Shown piece after piece: positions 42,396-61,599 of a DNA stretch of 64,000 bases. Where the stretch lies: positions 18,893,700-18,957,699 of the forward strand of contig OZ037768.1 in the NCBI GenBank assembly GCA_964035545.1, written 5' to 3'. This stretch comes from Bugula neritina (lineage: Eukaryota > Animalia > Bryozoa). The translations under genes were made by a program, and so were the position numbers. Position 1 is the stretch's first letter; every line of letters begins with the position of its first letter. The notes under the pieces were generated by a model. That model worked only from the letters and a program-made list of their open reading frames with translations. It was not told the DNA's origin and made no database searches.

Positions 42396-43371
42396 GTGAA
42401 ATAACAATCTCTATTTGCCAAACAGCAATCTCTATTTACAATATAACCATTCTGTCCAATTTGACAATCTCATTCTGTAGTATAATAATCATTGGTGGTA
42501 CAATGGCATGACAGTCTTATTCTGTAACTTTGTTTTCTGTTGTAAAATAAATATAAAATAAAACAAAAACCGGTTGTAGCTGTTTCAAATTCCTCTATAA
42601 AGGCATATTTTCAAAACATATGCTTGCAGTAGAACTATGTCAGACATAATGATATATAATATGCATTCACTTATACTTTCGAATGAAGGCCATTTCCAAC
42701 TGCCCTATAAAGTTGCCCAGCAACTATTCTAAATGTTACGTTATATTGCCCACAGATTTTCTTAAGTTTTGTTGAACAATTGAAATATCAATCTATATAT
42801 AATAAATTAATTATATAAGTAATATTAATTTATAGTCTGCTCCGTAGCCATTTGGTTTTGCAAGGCTAGTAGAGATAATAGTCGCTGTTAGGAACTTCAC
42901 ATACACATGCATGCATTAAAATGATTCTATCTAAGAGAATGAAGTCTTGGAAACAATTGTATCCTACTGGCAAGTTATGATCAAATCAAAGGTTCAATCG
43001 AAATTCCCACTTACTGCAGCTTCACTATTGGAACACGTCATTCACTTGTGGCTGACAAAAGTGTGCTCAACAATTTTGAGTGTAGTTATGCCATGTTCGT
43101 AATATTTTTAACAGCTTCAAACTAAAATACCATATTTGAATATTTATTTTATGTACATTATTAACCTGACTGCATAAGATTTGAATTTAATTGATGTGAA
43201 ACTTTATTTAAAATGGACTGAAATAACAAGTTATGCATACTTGGGTAATTATGAAGGTGAAGAAAACATAATAGATCATTTGATGTCAAAACCACTTTTC
43301 TACTCTATTAAACTTGAATATAAACACACAGCTATGCATAACTGTCAATCTGCAATGCATTTTGGTAAGTT

Positions 43372-45541
<2,170 letters not shown>

Positions 45542-48500
45542 TATTGATCAAAATGAGTTCTTCGCTGTTAATAACTTGCAGATGACAGTGATATTGTCAA
45601 GCAAGAGCAACTTTTTGAATATGGTATGCACAGAGATTCCAACAGCTTTTTATAGGTGAATTCCACCAATTTAAATTCTTCATTGGCAACAGTAGCCTAG
45701 ATACCAACTTTGCAATAGTTACCTTTTCTACTCATACAATTGAGATATATGGATTACTTTCTAAATACTTATTTGGATTCAAATCTTACTTCATTAGTAC
45801 ATAGTGTCTATTATTATGTAGTACAATATTATAATATAATTGTATATACCAAGCAGGCATAGATGCAGGATTAGCCTTTATTATATAGATTAGATTACAG
45901 CTGCAGTTGCAGACGTGCATTGACTAAATAATTATACTACTTTGAATTCAAAGACCCAGCAAAATCAATATTTAGTGTAATCAAGGCAGCATTGCAACAG
46001 ACTTTATATACAATTCATCATTTATTCTCTACTCAAAACAAGGAGATTTATCTGTCACGATCTTCAGTTCTATGCACCAGACAAGCTGTCTTGGGAAAAC
46101 AGCATTCAACAAGTAATAAAAGATGAAGTAGATTTTACTTTACCAGTTTTATGTGCTGACAACATGATTATAAATACTATCTAATTTGATATTATTGATA
46201 TTATAACAGTACAATTTTATCCAGACCAGCTTGTTTGAAGTATAATTTTTCAAATAGAGTCTGTTCTACAATATTGATTCTGTTCATTATACTGAATATA
46301 GACACACTTCATGTTGTAATTTTAATATTGTAAGTGTAAGATAGTAAAACAAAGACTCTGCACTGGTTAACAATACTTTGTTGTTTTGAAAACCCACACT
46401 GATACCACTTAGTGCTCTAGTATTGAAATATTAGGAAAACAAATTACCTCAACAGTCCTAAACTGGAACAGTAATTTATATCTTGATGAGTTATTTAAAG
46501 GTATGCAACTGGCTGTATTATTTATTCAGGCAGTTGAATAAGGTTCTGTAAATGTTTAGTATAGCTTTAATTGTTAAAAATATTATGTTGAAGAGGGAAA
46601 TTACACATTCACGCGAGCACACACACATGAATCTCAGTAGTCACAGACACATTGATGGACAGCTAGTCTGTTGAGCATTATATGCTTTTCAATGTTTTGC
46701 TAGTAAAATTTCTCGTGCTCATCTTCAACACAAAAATGCATTCACTGATAGCGTGTAATATTTTTTCAAACCAAAAAGTTAAGGTGTAGTGATATTTCTT
46801 GATGGTGCCTGCTTCCGAAAGATGATTCTCTCAGCTACAGAAACTCTTAGCTGTGCAATGTTTCATCTTCCTAACAACTAACAGATATATTTCAGTTATA
46901 TTTGGTATGATAAAGAGTACAGAGTAATCATATTTGCTGAGAACTATCGATGTATCTTGCAGTACCAATAGCATATGCTAAGCCTTAGGTGCACCTAACA
47001 TAGTTGGGACATCAAGCAGTTTCATGTTTTGGTCTCAAGCAAAATTTAAATCTAAAATAAGGTTTAATTTTAGCTGCGTTGCATCCTCATAAACTAAATT
47101 TAACTCTAGCTTGTCTGGTACTTAGATGTTTGCTTGTAGGTTTCATGATTTACTAATACATTAAAAGTATTTCTTAATGTTCAAATGTAAACAAGAAACT
47201 ATGGGTTTTTAAAATACAATATAAAATCAAGCTAAGCCCAAACTAATCCTAGAAACTCAGGTGCTGAGCAGTTGTATGTGGCTCTTAGTTTATATCTTAT
47301 GTGCAACTTGGGTATAGAAAACTCACTGTTCATTTAAGGGCAATAACAAAAGAAGTTTGTTAGCCCAACTTCTTTAAATTTCTCTTTGAACTTTAATTTG
47401 GAGCAGGAGTTAAAGTTATCACAAGGAGATAATTTCTTTCACTACATTTCTAATCTAGAACACCTATATAACCTCCGTTAACTTAGTCAGCAAATTCTAG
47501 ACAATCTCTTAGCAGCTAATTTAAGATCTACTAATCTTATTGTAAGCCCAATAACTTAGACACCTGAATTTTGCTTCTAGGATGCATTACATGCTTTTCA
47601 AGACGAATGGAAAATGGTAACAATATTATATACACCTATAGGTTTGTACCCGTAACAGATGATGATGTAGCCATGCATGCTTTGGTTACTACCTAAACTA
47701 GATAACAGTTTCAATAGCTTGTCAACTCTAACAGCATTTAGAAAACTGCATTGCAATTTTAATCAATAACCTTTTACTATATGGCATTACTCGGAGTGGA
47801 TGTTTTTAATTGGGTTAATGTCATATTAGAAGACTGTCATTTATTATTTCAGACTGGAGTTGAAAACACAGAGAATACTTCAAGCATGATTAAACAGATC
47901 TAAATATTGGTAGAGTAACATATTCATCTGTACAGATTAAAAAGTCACATCATATTCTTATAAACTTGTAAATATGAAAGTGTAGTAAAAAAGTCATTAA
48001 GAAGCAGTAACCCAGAGAAATTTTTTAATAGCAGAAGTTCTTTTTAATAAATTTTAATTTGGGTTGAGGGTTGAAATTATCAATCTTATATTTTTTGCTA
48101 CGTTTATAATTTAGGGCTAGGAGCTTTTCTCAATTTCCTTATTACAGTACTTAAAGCAAAAAAGTAAATTATTTAGTATGTTTTAGAGGACAACTCCATT
48201 TCAACAAACTATAAAACCTGTAAGAAATATTACTGAGTTATATAATATAGAGAAGAACACAGAAACACTGAAGTGCTGACAATACTTATTGCATGGATTG
48301 TTAGAGCAACTAATGGAACTTAGACTAGACATTTACACCGCACAGAGTCTGGCAAGAAAGCTAAACTGATCTTTTGCTAAACCAGTTTGCAATACTTATA
48401 TTAGAATATATTATTGACACTGCCTGCCATAAACAAGCATGGTTGCTGCCACAACTACTGCTAGCAGGCCCAGGCTGTAAGCTATACTGACTAATTACAT

Positions 48501-48921
48501 CAGCAATTCATACAAACAAATCATGTTTAATGCAGTCTTCAAATCACAAACTGACTAATTTCAATAGCGGGTTCCTATTATTGATGGCAACAGGATTCTA
48601 ATTTCTCATATATTATTTACTTTAACAAGACTCTAAAACTGATCAACGTTTTTATAGTAGTTTGGTTTAATGTTTAATAATAATTGCTCAATCCTGATTA
48701 TATAAATGTTTTACTATCACAGAGTACTAATCACTATGGTAGAGCTTAAAACCAGCTAAGGTGATGAAAGTGCTAAGCATTACCAGTTTGCAGGGCACCT
48801 CATTTAAATATTCGGTTTGGAGCAAATCCATGTAAACCACAATGCTTTAGCTTGCATTTGGGAATCGTCTTCCTTTGGTTATCAATCTTTAACCATCATA
48901 ATTAATAAATACATAATTTTT

Positions 48922-48996
48922 GCCCCCACTAGAATTCGAATCCTGGACCTTTGACTTACAAGCAGTTGTACTAACCATTGCACCACAGGGACTACT
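48922..48996 (-). mobile_element. tRNA-like SINE head
   Basis: Reverse complement AGTAGTCCCTGTGGTGCAATGGTTAG...GGATTCGAATTCTAGTGGGGGC carries A-box and B-box motifs, but the stems are too degenerate for a functional tRNA. Confidence 0.6.
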
Positions 48997-49125
48997 AAGC
49001 AATCGAAACACTACAGTAAACACAGGTGGAGACAATAAAAAATAGTGGTAACACTAGTTAATTATTAGTTTTAACCGTATAAATAACATCAAATCATGTT
49101 TTGCCTTGTATTGTTGATTTTCTCA

Positions 49126-49196
49126 AGTAGCCCCTGTAGAATAATGGTTGGCACACAAGTTTGCAAGTCTGTGGTTCGATTCCCAGTGAAGGTAGC
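49126..49196 (+). mobile_element. tRNA-like SINE head, inverted partner of 48922-48996
   Basis: AGTAGCCCCTGTAGAATAATGGTTGG...GGTTCGATTCCCAGTG. Confidence 0.6.
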
Positions 49197-49212
49197 TATT
49201 TTACATAACTAG

Positions 49213-49520
49213 TATGGTAAAATAAGTTTACATGTGCTACGTAATTTTAGGCAAAATTGGCACAGGTAATAATGGCACAGGTAACAATAGCACAAAGAGA
49301 AAAGTAGGTTAATTGACACACTGAAGCTAAAATTTTTCAAACTTAAACCCCAAACTGAAGTCCTAAACCCCAACCCAAACTTAAATCCCCCACATTCAAA
49401 CCCAAACACACCATCCCAACTCAAACCTTCAATTCCAAGCCCCCAAAACTGAAAATGTGCCGTTTTTACCTACTTTTTCATTAATTTGCCATTAAATAAC
49501 CTGTGCCCTTTTTACCGAAC
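49213..49520. mobile_element. Non-autonomous Helentron/HINE-like or MITE element
   Basis: Repeated GGCACAGGTAA and AAAAGTAGGT on the left are inverted to ACCTACTTTT and ACCTGTGCC on the right, flanking a degenerate (CTAAAC/CCAAAC)n tract. Confidence 0.6.
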
Positions 49521-50487
49521 TCGAATACATGTTATTAAGCACACAGTACAGGTAGGCTCAATCTCCATTCTACTCTTTCGATAATTTTTAGGTACTAGGG
49601 TATAGGTTAAGCTCATTTGTATATGCAGTAGATTGTACAGCAGCAAGATGTTTAAGTCTTAGGTGATCCTGATAAATTGATTATAGCTAAATCTCACACC
49701 AGTAGTGAATGCTAGAATATTATAAACATTAAGACAATCTCAATGCATAATAATATAGATGGGTGAAGTTTACGTGACTTCATTGAGCAGTGAGGAACTT
49801 TTTTATGAACTTTGTGAGAAGGAAATTATAAACCCCATAAATCTCTGCATTCTCCAAAAGTTAGCAGCTAGATGATTGCACTGCAATTGATGAAATTTGA
49901 ATGTGTAGAGTTAGTCGGTGTTCTATTTATTATAAAGTTCAATCAAAAGGAATATAAAATATATGTCTACTGATAATTTAAAAAATAACCAAGATGAATA
50001 GCTCAATCAATATATTCTCACAAACTATTCATATAATATACAGTTGATTAGAACTCAACAGACTTTAGAGACGGCACTCTACACATAAACCAAGTTGGTT
50101 AATGAATGGAACAAGCAGACCTTTGCGTTATGTTTGCAAAAATCCTGTGAATTTATAATAGCATTTGTGAAAACTTTTAGTGTGACAGTGCATTAATAAT
50201 GTCATTTCTGATTACAATGTATAAAATGGCAAAATACATATTTTTGCTGCACAAAAATTGTTAAATTTTTGCATAAAATAATATATAGGCTGCTCATTAC
50301 TATGAGTATAATTTTACTGGTGCCTATAAGGTGACTTAGGCAACATTCATTTTAGATTTTAGACGATATTTATATGTGCCTGTCTAAAGGTTGAAAGAAT
50401 GTTTGTCAACTGAAATGTTATCAAGATTTCAGAAGGTGTTATGTGTTTATCCGAAAATTTCCATACAATCTATAGATGATGAAAAAA

Positions 50488-52179
<1,692 letters not shown>

Positions 52180-52840
52180 AATTGATTGAATTGAGTTCTT
52201 CGCTGTGAAAAACTCGCAGATGACAGTAATATAGCCAAGCAAGAGCAACTTCTTGAATGTGCTATGCACACAGATTCCAACATGCTTTATAGGTAAATTT
52301 CACCAATTTAAATTCTTCATTTGCAAAAGTTACCTATAGCTTGACCTCTAAAATAATGACCCTTTTACTCATACAATTAGCTTACTCTTCTAAATACTTA
52401 TTTGGATTCAAATCTTACTTCATAAAGTCTCACATTAGTATGCATTGCCTATTATTATATAGTACAATATTATAATATATTTGTATATCAAACGGGTATT
52501 GATGCTAGATTAGCTTTTATTATGTTGCAGTTGCAGAAGTGCATTGACTAAATAATTATACTACTTTGAATCCAATGACCCAGCCAAATCAATATATAAT
52601 ATAATAGAAGGCAGCATTGACACAGTCTTTATTTTCATATAAGAATAACCATTAATTCTACTCAAAACATGCGGAGTTATCTGCCACTACCCTCAGTTAC
52701 ATGAACCAGATAAGCTGTTTTAGAAAAACAGTGTAAATGAGGTGTTGAATGATGAAGTAAATTTTATTTTACTATAGTATATATACTGACAATATGATTA
52801 TGCATAAATATTAGCAATTTTGATATTGTTGATAATAATA

Positions 52841-53050
52841 ACTCGCGCAAATTCATAGTCCCTATCCCTGTGAGAAACCCCTGATGGAAAAGGTTTTTAA
52901 TAGATTGGGCTAAGGACTTGTTCAGATGAGGCACAAGAGAAATTATAACTGGATGCTCTTCTTAGCGTCACCAATGGTCTTTGTCAGGTTTCAAACCCAT
53001 GACTTCGTGCTTACTAGGCAAACACTCTAACCCTAGACCACAGCTGCTTC
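52841..53050 (-). mobile_element. tRNA-derived SINE, copy 2
   Basis: Reverse complement of the 14871-15085 family; flanked by TTGATAATAATA-like duplications; absent from the paralogous site at about 46195. Confidence 0.8.
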
Positions 53051-53247
53051 ATTGATAATAATAATAACAGTACCATTTTATTCAGATTGTATTATTTTGT
53101 TTGAAGTATGATGTATCAGATATAGCCTGCTTACAATATTGATTCTGTTCATTACTGAATATAGTGCAATATTGTAAGTCTGAAAACCACACTGATATAG
53201 CTTATATAGCACTCTTGTAATGTATATACTAGGAACATAATTTTATA

Positions 53248-53443
53248 CAGTGCTCCCTCCATATCTCGCCAAACTGCGTCTCAAAACCTCAATTTAGAAT
53301 ACCAGATTTAACTCAGAGATTCATTAAATTTGGCCATTCTGTCCTTATAAAAATCTACATAAGCCATATAGGGAGTCCAAGCCTTTCCCTTGACCTATGG
53401 AACTTCGTGAAAATTGGATCCGTGAGATATGGAAGGAACACAG
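53248..53443. mobile_element. Tc1/mariner (pogo/Tigger-like) MITE
   Basis: TA|CAGTGCTCCCTCCATATCTCGC is inverted to GTGAGATATGGAAGGAACACAG (about 18 of 22); absent from the paralogous flank at about 46430. Confidence 0.7.
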
Positions 53444-54619
53444 AATTGGGAAAGCAAGTTACTTCAACAGCCTAATAGGGCAAGTGAGAAAGAAACTTAT
53501 CCAATGAGAAATAAGAATATTGATTATTATTATAATAAAAAGTTATCCAATCGCAAAATTTAAATGTAATATTATGAATAAATACTATAATACTATAATC
53601 TTGTCATTAGAACGTCATTATCATCAGATATTGTCAATATGAAGCTGTGCCATTTTTACCTAAAATCAGTTTTCCATTGCGCTGAGATGTTTGTAGTCGG
53701 GCTGGAGTTTCATGGTCTGGTTTGTCATTGACGAATTGGGATGTGATGCATTACTCAGTTAGGATTATTATAATTATGTCAAAAGGCCCCAGGCACACTT
53801 TGACGTAAAGTCAAAAACGAAATTTCAATGCTATTTCATTTCGTCAATTTGCAGTCACAGACTGAACAAAAAATGCAAAGTTTGATGTTAGACAGTAACT
53901 AATCAAAAGGAAGCAAATTTTTTCCCGCGGTGACCTGTATATTGTTGAATAATATTTACAAATTTATAGCAACAATCTTTTCTTAACACATGATATAAAT
54001 GTTGTTGACTAGATAAAAGCAATTAAAAGAAGTAAAATCTCTTTAAATTATATTATATTCCTATAAAAGAATTGGCCAAACTAATTTAACCTCTCACTTA
54101 CTTTTCAGGTTTTTGGTTTTCGGGTTTTTGCAGTTAGTGAAAGCTAAATTTTTAAGATAGATTTAATTTAAACAACCCTAACAAATATTTTTTAATCGTT
54201 GGAAGCTATATGGCATTTCGAAAATTAGATCAACAACAGCAACTAAAATAAATTGCCGGAAGAAAATCTTTAAATTTTAGTATCGCAACAACCCATTGGC
54301 TATAAATGTCTGATAAAGTGATGCAAAATTCAACCAATCACAAGCTCTGAAAACTTCATCCTGTCTAGCAGGAGCTCGGTGTAGCTTTTTGCATGAAACA
54401 ATGTTTGATCATCTACGTAGCGTAGGATTATTTTTTAAAATGGCTGACATTTGATGTTACGTTCAAAATGTGTGCCCGGGCTTTTAGAGTTAGCATCAGT
54501 ATAATTATTACATACACATATGTATATGTGTAGATTGTGTGTAGTAAGAACCTTAGAGCAGCTGTGGTTGGCTTAACAATAGTAAGCTTAGCATATGTTG
54601 TGCGAATTACTCAATTTGC

Positions 54620-54950
54620 CAGTCAGCTTCTCGGTGTGTGTCTGTTTGTGGTGGTTGTGGGCAATTGCTGGCTCTGTGGTGGTAGCTGCTCTCTGGCAGT
54701 AACTGTGATATTATTTTGGTAATATTGTGGGGTTGGCACTGTTGTGGTAGTTGTTCTTGTTGCTCCTGTTGGGGTGGTTGTAGTTGTTGAAATTGTAGTA
54801 GTTGTTCGCACTGTAGTAATTGTTGGTACTGTTGGAGTTGTTGATGCTGTGATAGTATTAATAGTGGTAATACTGTGTAATAGTATCAGTACTGTATATA
54901 AGTAATAGTAGTACTGTGTAGTATTACTAGTAACATTCATAGTGCTAATA
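54620..54950. repeat. GTN trinucleotide low-complexity tract next to a SINE head fragment (about 54556-54600)
   Basis: GTT/GTG/GTA runs; produces the Thr-rich minus-strand ORF 54940-54623. Confidence 0.7.
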
Positions 54951-55642
54951 TATAGTGCAAACTATTTTTTCATTTTTTCATATTACTTCTCCTCTTCTGC
55001 ATTTCTCATTTTCCCTTGTTTGCAAAAAACCTGGACTCATGGCTCAACTAATAATTATAAACTGCAAATCTAGTCATCAAAACTGAACAGATTTTAGAGA
55101 TATTATTCTATACATGAACCAGTTTTGTAAATAGAGAAAGGAGATCTTTGTATAATGTTTGCAAGAGTCCTGTAAATTTATAACAGCTAAATGGAAACAA
55201 TTATTTGGTATGAAACTGCATTTTTATGTCGTTTGTACTTAAATATCTAGAACTGCAGCATACATATTTCTAGTGAACAAGACCAACATTTTTGATTAAC
55301 AAAGTATACACATACTTGTAGTAATAATTTTTTAGGTTGCTAATTATTATGATTATATAACTAGAAGGTGACTTAAGCAACCATTTTTGCTAGATTTTCA
55401 AATGAGATTATGTGGCTGTCTAAAGGTTAGAAGACAAACTTGTTAACTAAAATGTTATGTAGAAAGAAATAAAAATTAAATTAGTTTCATAATATTTATT
55501 ACTTATTAGATGACAGAACAAAACTTTTGATTCTTGTAAAAATTACAAATACTATATCATTATTCTTTACAAAAGAATTTTAGAAGATGTTATAATAGTA
55601 TTCATCAGAAAATGTTCATATCATCTATGGACGGTGATGAAT

Positions 55643-57444
<1,802 letters not shown>

Positions 57445-57559
57445 ATTGAGTTAGAGGTTTAGAATTTCTTTACAAAGAAAGAGGAAACTTTAAAGCAGCT
57501 TGCAGAAGACTTGTTATTGTCTAGCAAGAAAGCAATGTGATGCGGTTGGGGCTTCACTC

Positions 57560-57660
57560 ATCATTTTATACTAGCTAGATATGACGTCACAGTGTATACA
57601 TCCTGATTGGCTGAATTCAAATATTCAAGAAATTTCATTGGTGTTGCTATCACGTGACAA
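57560..57660 (-). promoter_or_regulatory. Tubulin 4 promoter: TATA box, CRE, two CCAAT boxes, E-box
   Basis: Minus-strand TATAAAA at 57570-57564; TGACGTCA at 57582-57589; ATTGG at about 57606 and 57637; TCACGTGA at 57650-57657. Confidence 0.7.
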
Positions 57661-59337
57661 ATTTCTATAGAAACTGTTGCTTAGTCATTGTTGCTGGCCA
57701 AACAAAACAACATTTGAATTTTATATTGATTACTTTCAGCAAAGCACAAAGCAAGCAACACACAGCCCGGCTTTTTTCCAGTATTGTGAGTGCATGTTGC
57801 TATACAGCTAGTAACTACAAGCATAGAAACACCCAATAGCATATGACAAGACACTGTAACTGGGCTGTAACAGGATGAATTTACTTCTCAAATATTGTTT
57901 TATTACGACATGTTATATCTGAACAGTTAACTAAAGGCAATAGAAAATAATTATTAAATGTGGGATGTTAAGGGGGTTAAGTGATGGATATCTTGGAACT
58001 ATATAAATACAATAATAGATGCATATTTTAGCTGTCCTAAGCAAGCAGAATAGGCTGTCAGAAATATACAAGCAGCTTACATAGTGAATCATTTTATGTT
58101 TTCATTAATTCCCACAGGGAAGGCAAGCTGGCATATAATATAATAACACCTGATATCATGCCATCTGCTTCATAATCAATGTCTACTAGCACAGACTAAC
58201 ATAGAGTTGTGTATAGTGAGTGTAATATTGACAGCTGCACATCTACTAGGTTTCCATGTATCTATTGTAAGCATTAACCTACTTTACCTAGAATATGACT
58301 CCACACCATTACAAAATGAAAACATAGAGAGTAGAACTTGAAGGGACGATGAGCAATAACCAAAAAATCTTTTTTTTGTTAAAAAGTCTACTATAGGAAA
58401 ATATCTGTAGATTTACTAGTTGTATTTCATGAACAAATCAGTTCAGTTAAATTCAGATTGAATTGATGACAGAAGATTAAAAAAATCAATCCTGATAAAA
58501 TATTTGAAACATTACTCGGTTTTAGTTTTTTAAGCACATCACATAGATTTACTGACAACTAAGTAATTAAAAATAAATATAATATTCTAACTACAGACTA
58601 GCTTTCTGTGTTGTAAGACTGGAGCTTAAATGTAGATGTGATGTATGCAACGTAATTATTATTAGCTGGGACACAGTGAACATATATTGTATGTAACAAA
58701 TAATACCAAGGTTATACATACTTTACTACAAAAATTAATTAAAAAAAACCGATTATTCAATAAAACTTCATTGCATGAAGTTCAAATAACTTAAAATATT
58801 TTTGGGGTTTAAGGAGAAAATATTCCAAGAATTAGGTAATTCACATAGGTGTACACAATGAACTAAAACTTTCTATAGGGAAGTGGGGGGGGGGGTTTAT
58901 AGTTCAACAGTTATACATATTATGTGTAAATCACATTCCTAGTTTGGACATACACGTAGCAGTGGGGCAATGGATGGAAGAATAATGTGAACCACAAGCT
59001 GTTACTACGAGTACATAGCAACACAGATAAGACTGTTAACAATGAACGGGTTTAAATACTAAGTAAACATAAGGCCTACAGCTTGATTGCGTCTATTCAC
59101 AGAAAATCAATAGCAATGACTAACCTAAGCTACGGTGAAATAGAGTTTGGAGGGCAAACAAAGACTGGTTTGAAACAAGCAAATACTGCACTAATTCAAA
59201 TGAGGCATCTCAAGTTTAAGCAGTAACAAAGCCTAATTGAAATTTCAATTATGCAGGTAAACAAACTAGAACAGCCCTTAGCAACCTAACAACCTATGAT
59301 AAGTTGAAGTGATAAATATACATTATAGACTCTAGAG

Positions 59338-59645
59338 CAGGGGTGTCCCACCTTTTCAGAGCGAGAACAACTGAAATGGAATATTTCATGATGAGGGCCA
59401 CATTGTAAAATTTAACTTGGATTGGGGGCCTCAGCATCAGTAATTTTCAAGTCACTTTCTTATGAACCATTACACAATAATTACTGCGGGCTACATGTTT
59501 TTAGCATATCTAAAATAAGACATTTAAAAGGTGATTTTTCCACTCTAATTCATAACGACTTTTATTTTTATGTTTTGGAGGGCCACATAAATGTAGGCTG
59601 CCCCCCCCCCATCCGCCTCTGGGACCCGCCTGTTGGACACCCCTG
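59338..59645. mobile_element. hAT (Charlie-like) MITE, 308 bp
   Basis: TIRs CAGGGGTGTCCCAC and GTTGGACACCCCTG; 8-bp target duplication CTCTAGAG/TTCTAGAG with central TA. Confidence 0.9.
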
Positions 59646-60493
59646 TTCTAGAGGAACAGTTTCCAGAAACAGTAAACTAGTACTGAATGTTGCTTCTAGT
59701 AAATTGTCCCTAATGAATACAAGGTAAAAGTGTTCTTTTAGATATATTACAAGGCCTTCTAGAATGTGCTTTACTGAGCTGCAAAGAGTTGAACGTTTTG
59801 TATGAATTTTCAAAGTATTGTGATGCCATACCAAAATCCTAGTTCAAATTTGAAGCATAAAAAAAGTTACTTATTTAAATATAAAAAGGTAGTTATTTTT
59901 TTAACATTTGAAAATATACTTTGTTGGGTACCTCCACACATTTCAACACCAAGCATTAGAGAATTTACTGAGCAGCTAAAATCTTTCAGCACAATCATAC
60001 TAGTCAAGCTGCAACTTAAATAATGTGCACTAAATACACTAAGTTTGAAGTTGCTTTTCCTTGTATGTTATGCCGACCAAGATAAAAGAATCTATGACAT
60101 ATGGTAAAACAGAGTGCTAGAAATTTATTTGTTCGAAGTTGTGTGCACTCGAATAGCAATGTGTACAAATGCTAAAATTTCTATGTGTTTGTGAATGAAG
60201 ACTATTAGTACTTGTGCATGCCAACACATGCCTGCAATTAATATTCATTAATTTTATTACAAGAGATAATTTAGTAAATAACAAATTGTTTTTACAATTA
60301 ATAGTGACTTAGTATCTGTCAAAAGACACAAAGATTGAAGAACCACCAGGGTGATGAAAAATTATCAACAAAAATCCAAACACTATAAAATAAAGGAATA
60401 AAAATGAAAAATAATTTTCTATTAAAAATCAACTGCTACAAGCCAAGAACAAATTTTGATAAAATATATGATTTTAATATTAGGCAATAGAGA

Positions 60494-60612
60494 TTAGTAA
60501 TGGCAGGTAATGAGAAGTAATGGCAGCTGACGAGTATTAGCGGCAGGTAAGGATTAGTAATGGCAGGTAAGGACTAGTAATGGTAGGTAATAATGATTAG
60601 TAATGGCAGGTA
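60494..60612. repeat. About 20-21 bp tandem repeat, about 6 degenerate copies
   Basis: Unit approximately GATTAGTAATGGCAGGTAAG. Confidence 0.85.
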
Positions 60613-61599
60613 TATTAAACTACTCTCTAACTCGATGGAAGTGTTGCTAGTGGCAACTCGAGACAACTCACCAGTCGTTGGTGTGTAATGGTCAAGATTT
60701 GTCCACCCTTCTTCATACTTGCTTAAGGTGCTTCACTTATAATAGAATAAAAATGCAAAACTTCAGAAATATTACAGAACTGTATTTATACTCATTTTGG
60801 ACTGGTCACTCACAACTTAATGAAAGAACCCAAAATTAGCATAAGCAAAAAAATTACAAAATAGTGCACCACCTATTACCAAATATTCCATTTTATTTTA
60901 TATTACAAATCTGGCTTCACTGCTTTGCAATGTTACGGGCCAAAATCAACTAAAATAGTTAGAAGCTTTTAAGATTGTAACATACTACAGCTATACATTT
61001 TTATATGCAATATTTATTATTTACACCAAATAATATATTAAACATTAGACAGCACTGAAAAACAATATTACAAAATGCTTTATGAAAATAATCTTTTACC
61101 TTCAACTCTTGCTACTTTCATATCAAATTTGAAAAAAATATTTTGCTCCTGCTAACATTTTTAAACTAACCAGGCTTCAATTTGTATCCATGATAAAAAG
61201 CTTCGGGACAAAACACCATCTCATCCCTAGGCCAATGTAAGATCAGTATAGCAGTAAGCTTGCCTAACTTCGTTCCACATCTGTCAAACAAGAACACAAG
61301 CTGAAAATTGACATTAATATAAATTACAGTCTACAGATAATCTAACCGAGAGAGTTATAATTTTAGCAGGCCTAGAAGTGATGCTTCGGGTAGAGTTAGG
61401 GAGTGTTACAATAGACTTTAGTCTAAGGGTAGTTGGGCTCTATGTAAAAAGATAACAAGTTATTTAACCTTGTATTTTTTCAATATAATAGTCAAATTGC
61501 CAGTGGTTGTTTTGTGACAATCACAATTCGGGCATTCATTTTTCTTTTCAAAAAAGATTGCAAGACTCCACTTAAAAATAGGTAACCCATGCTCATGCT

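Noticed and set aside
48922-49196. Functional tRNA genes
   Set aside because: A and B boxes are present, but acceptor and anticodon stems do not pair well; better explained as SINE heads.
49330-49450. Interstitial telomeric repeat
   Set aside because: Degenerate CTAAAC/CCAAAC units inside an element with inverted ends; not a TTAGGG array.
54623-54940. Thr-rich mucin-like ORF
   Set aside because: Explained by a GTN trinucleotide tract; no supported splice partners or domain.
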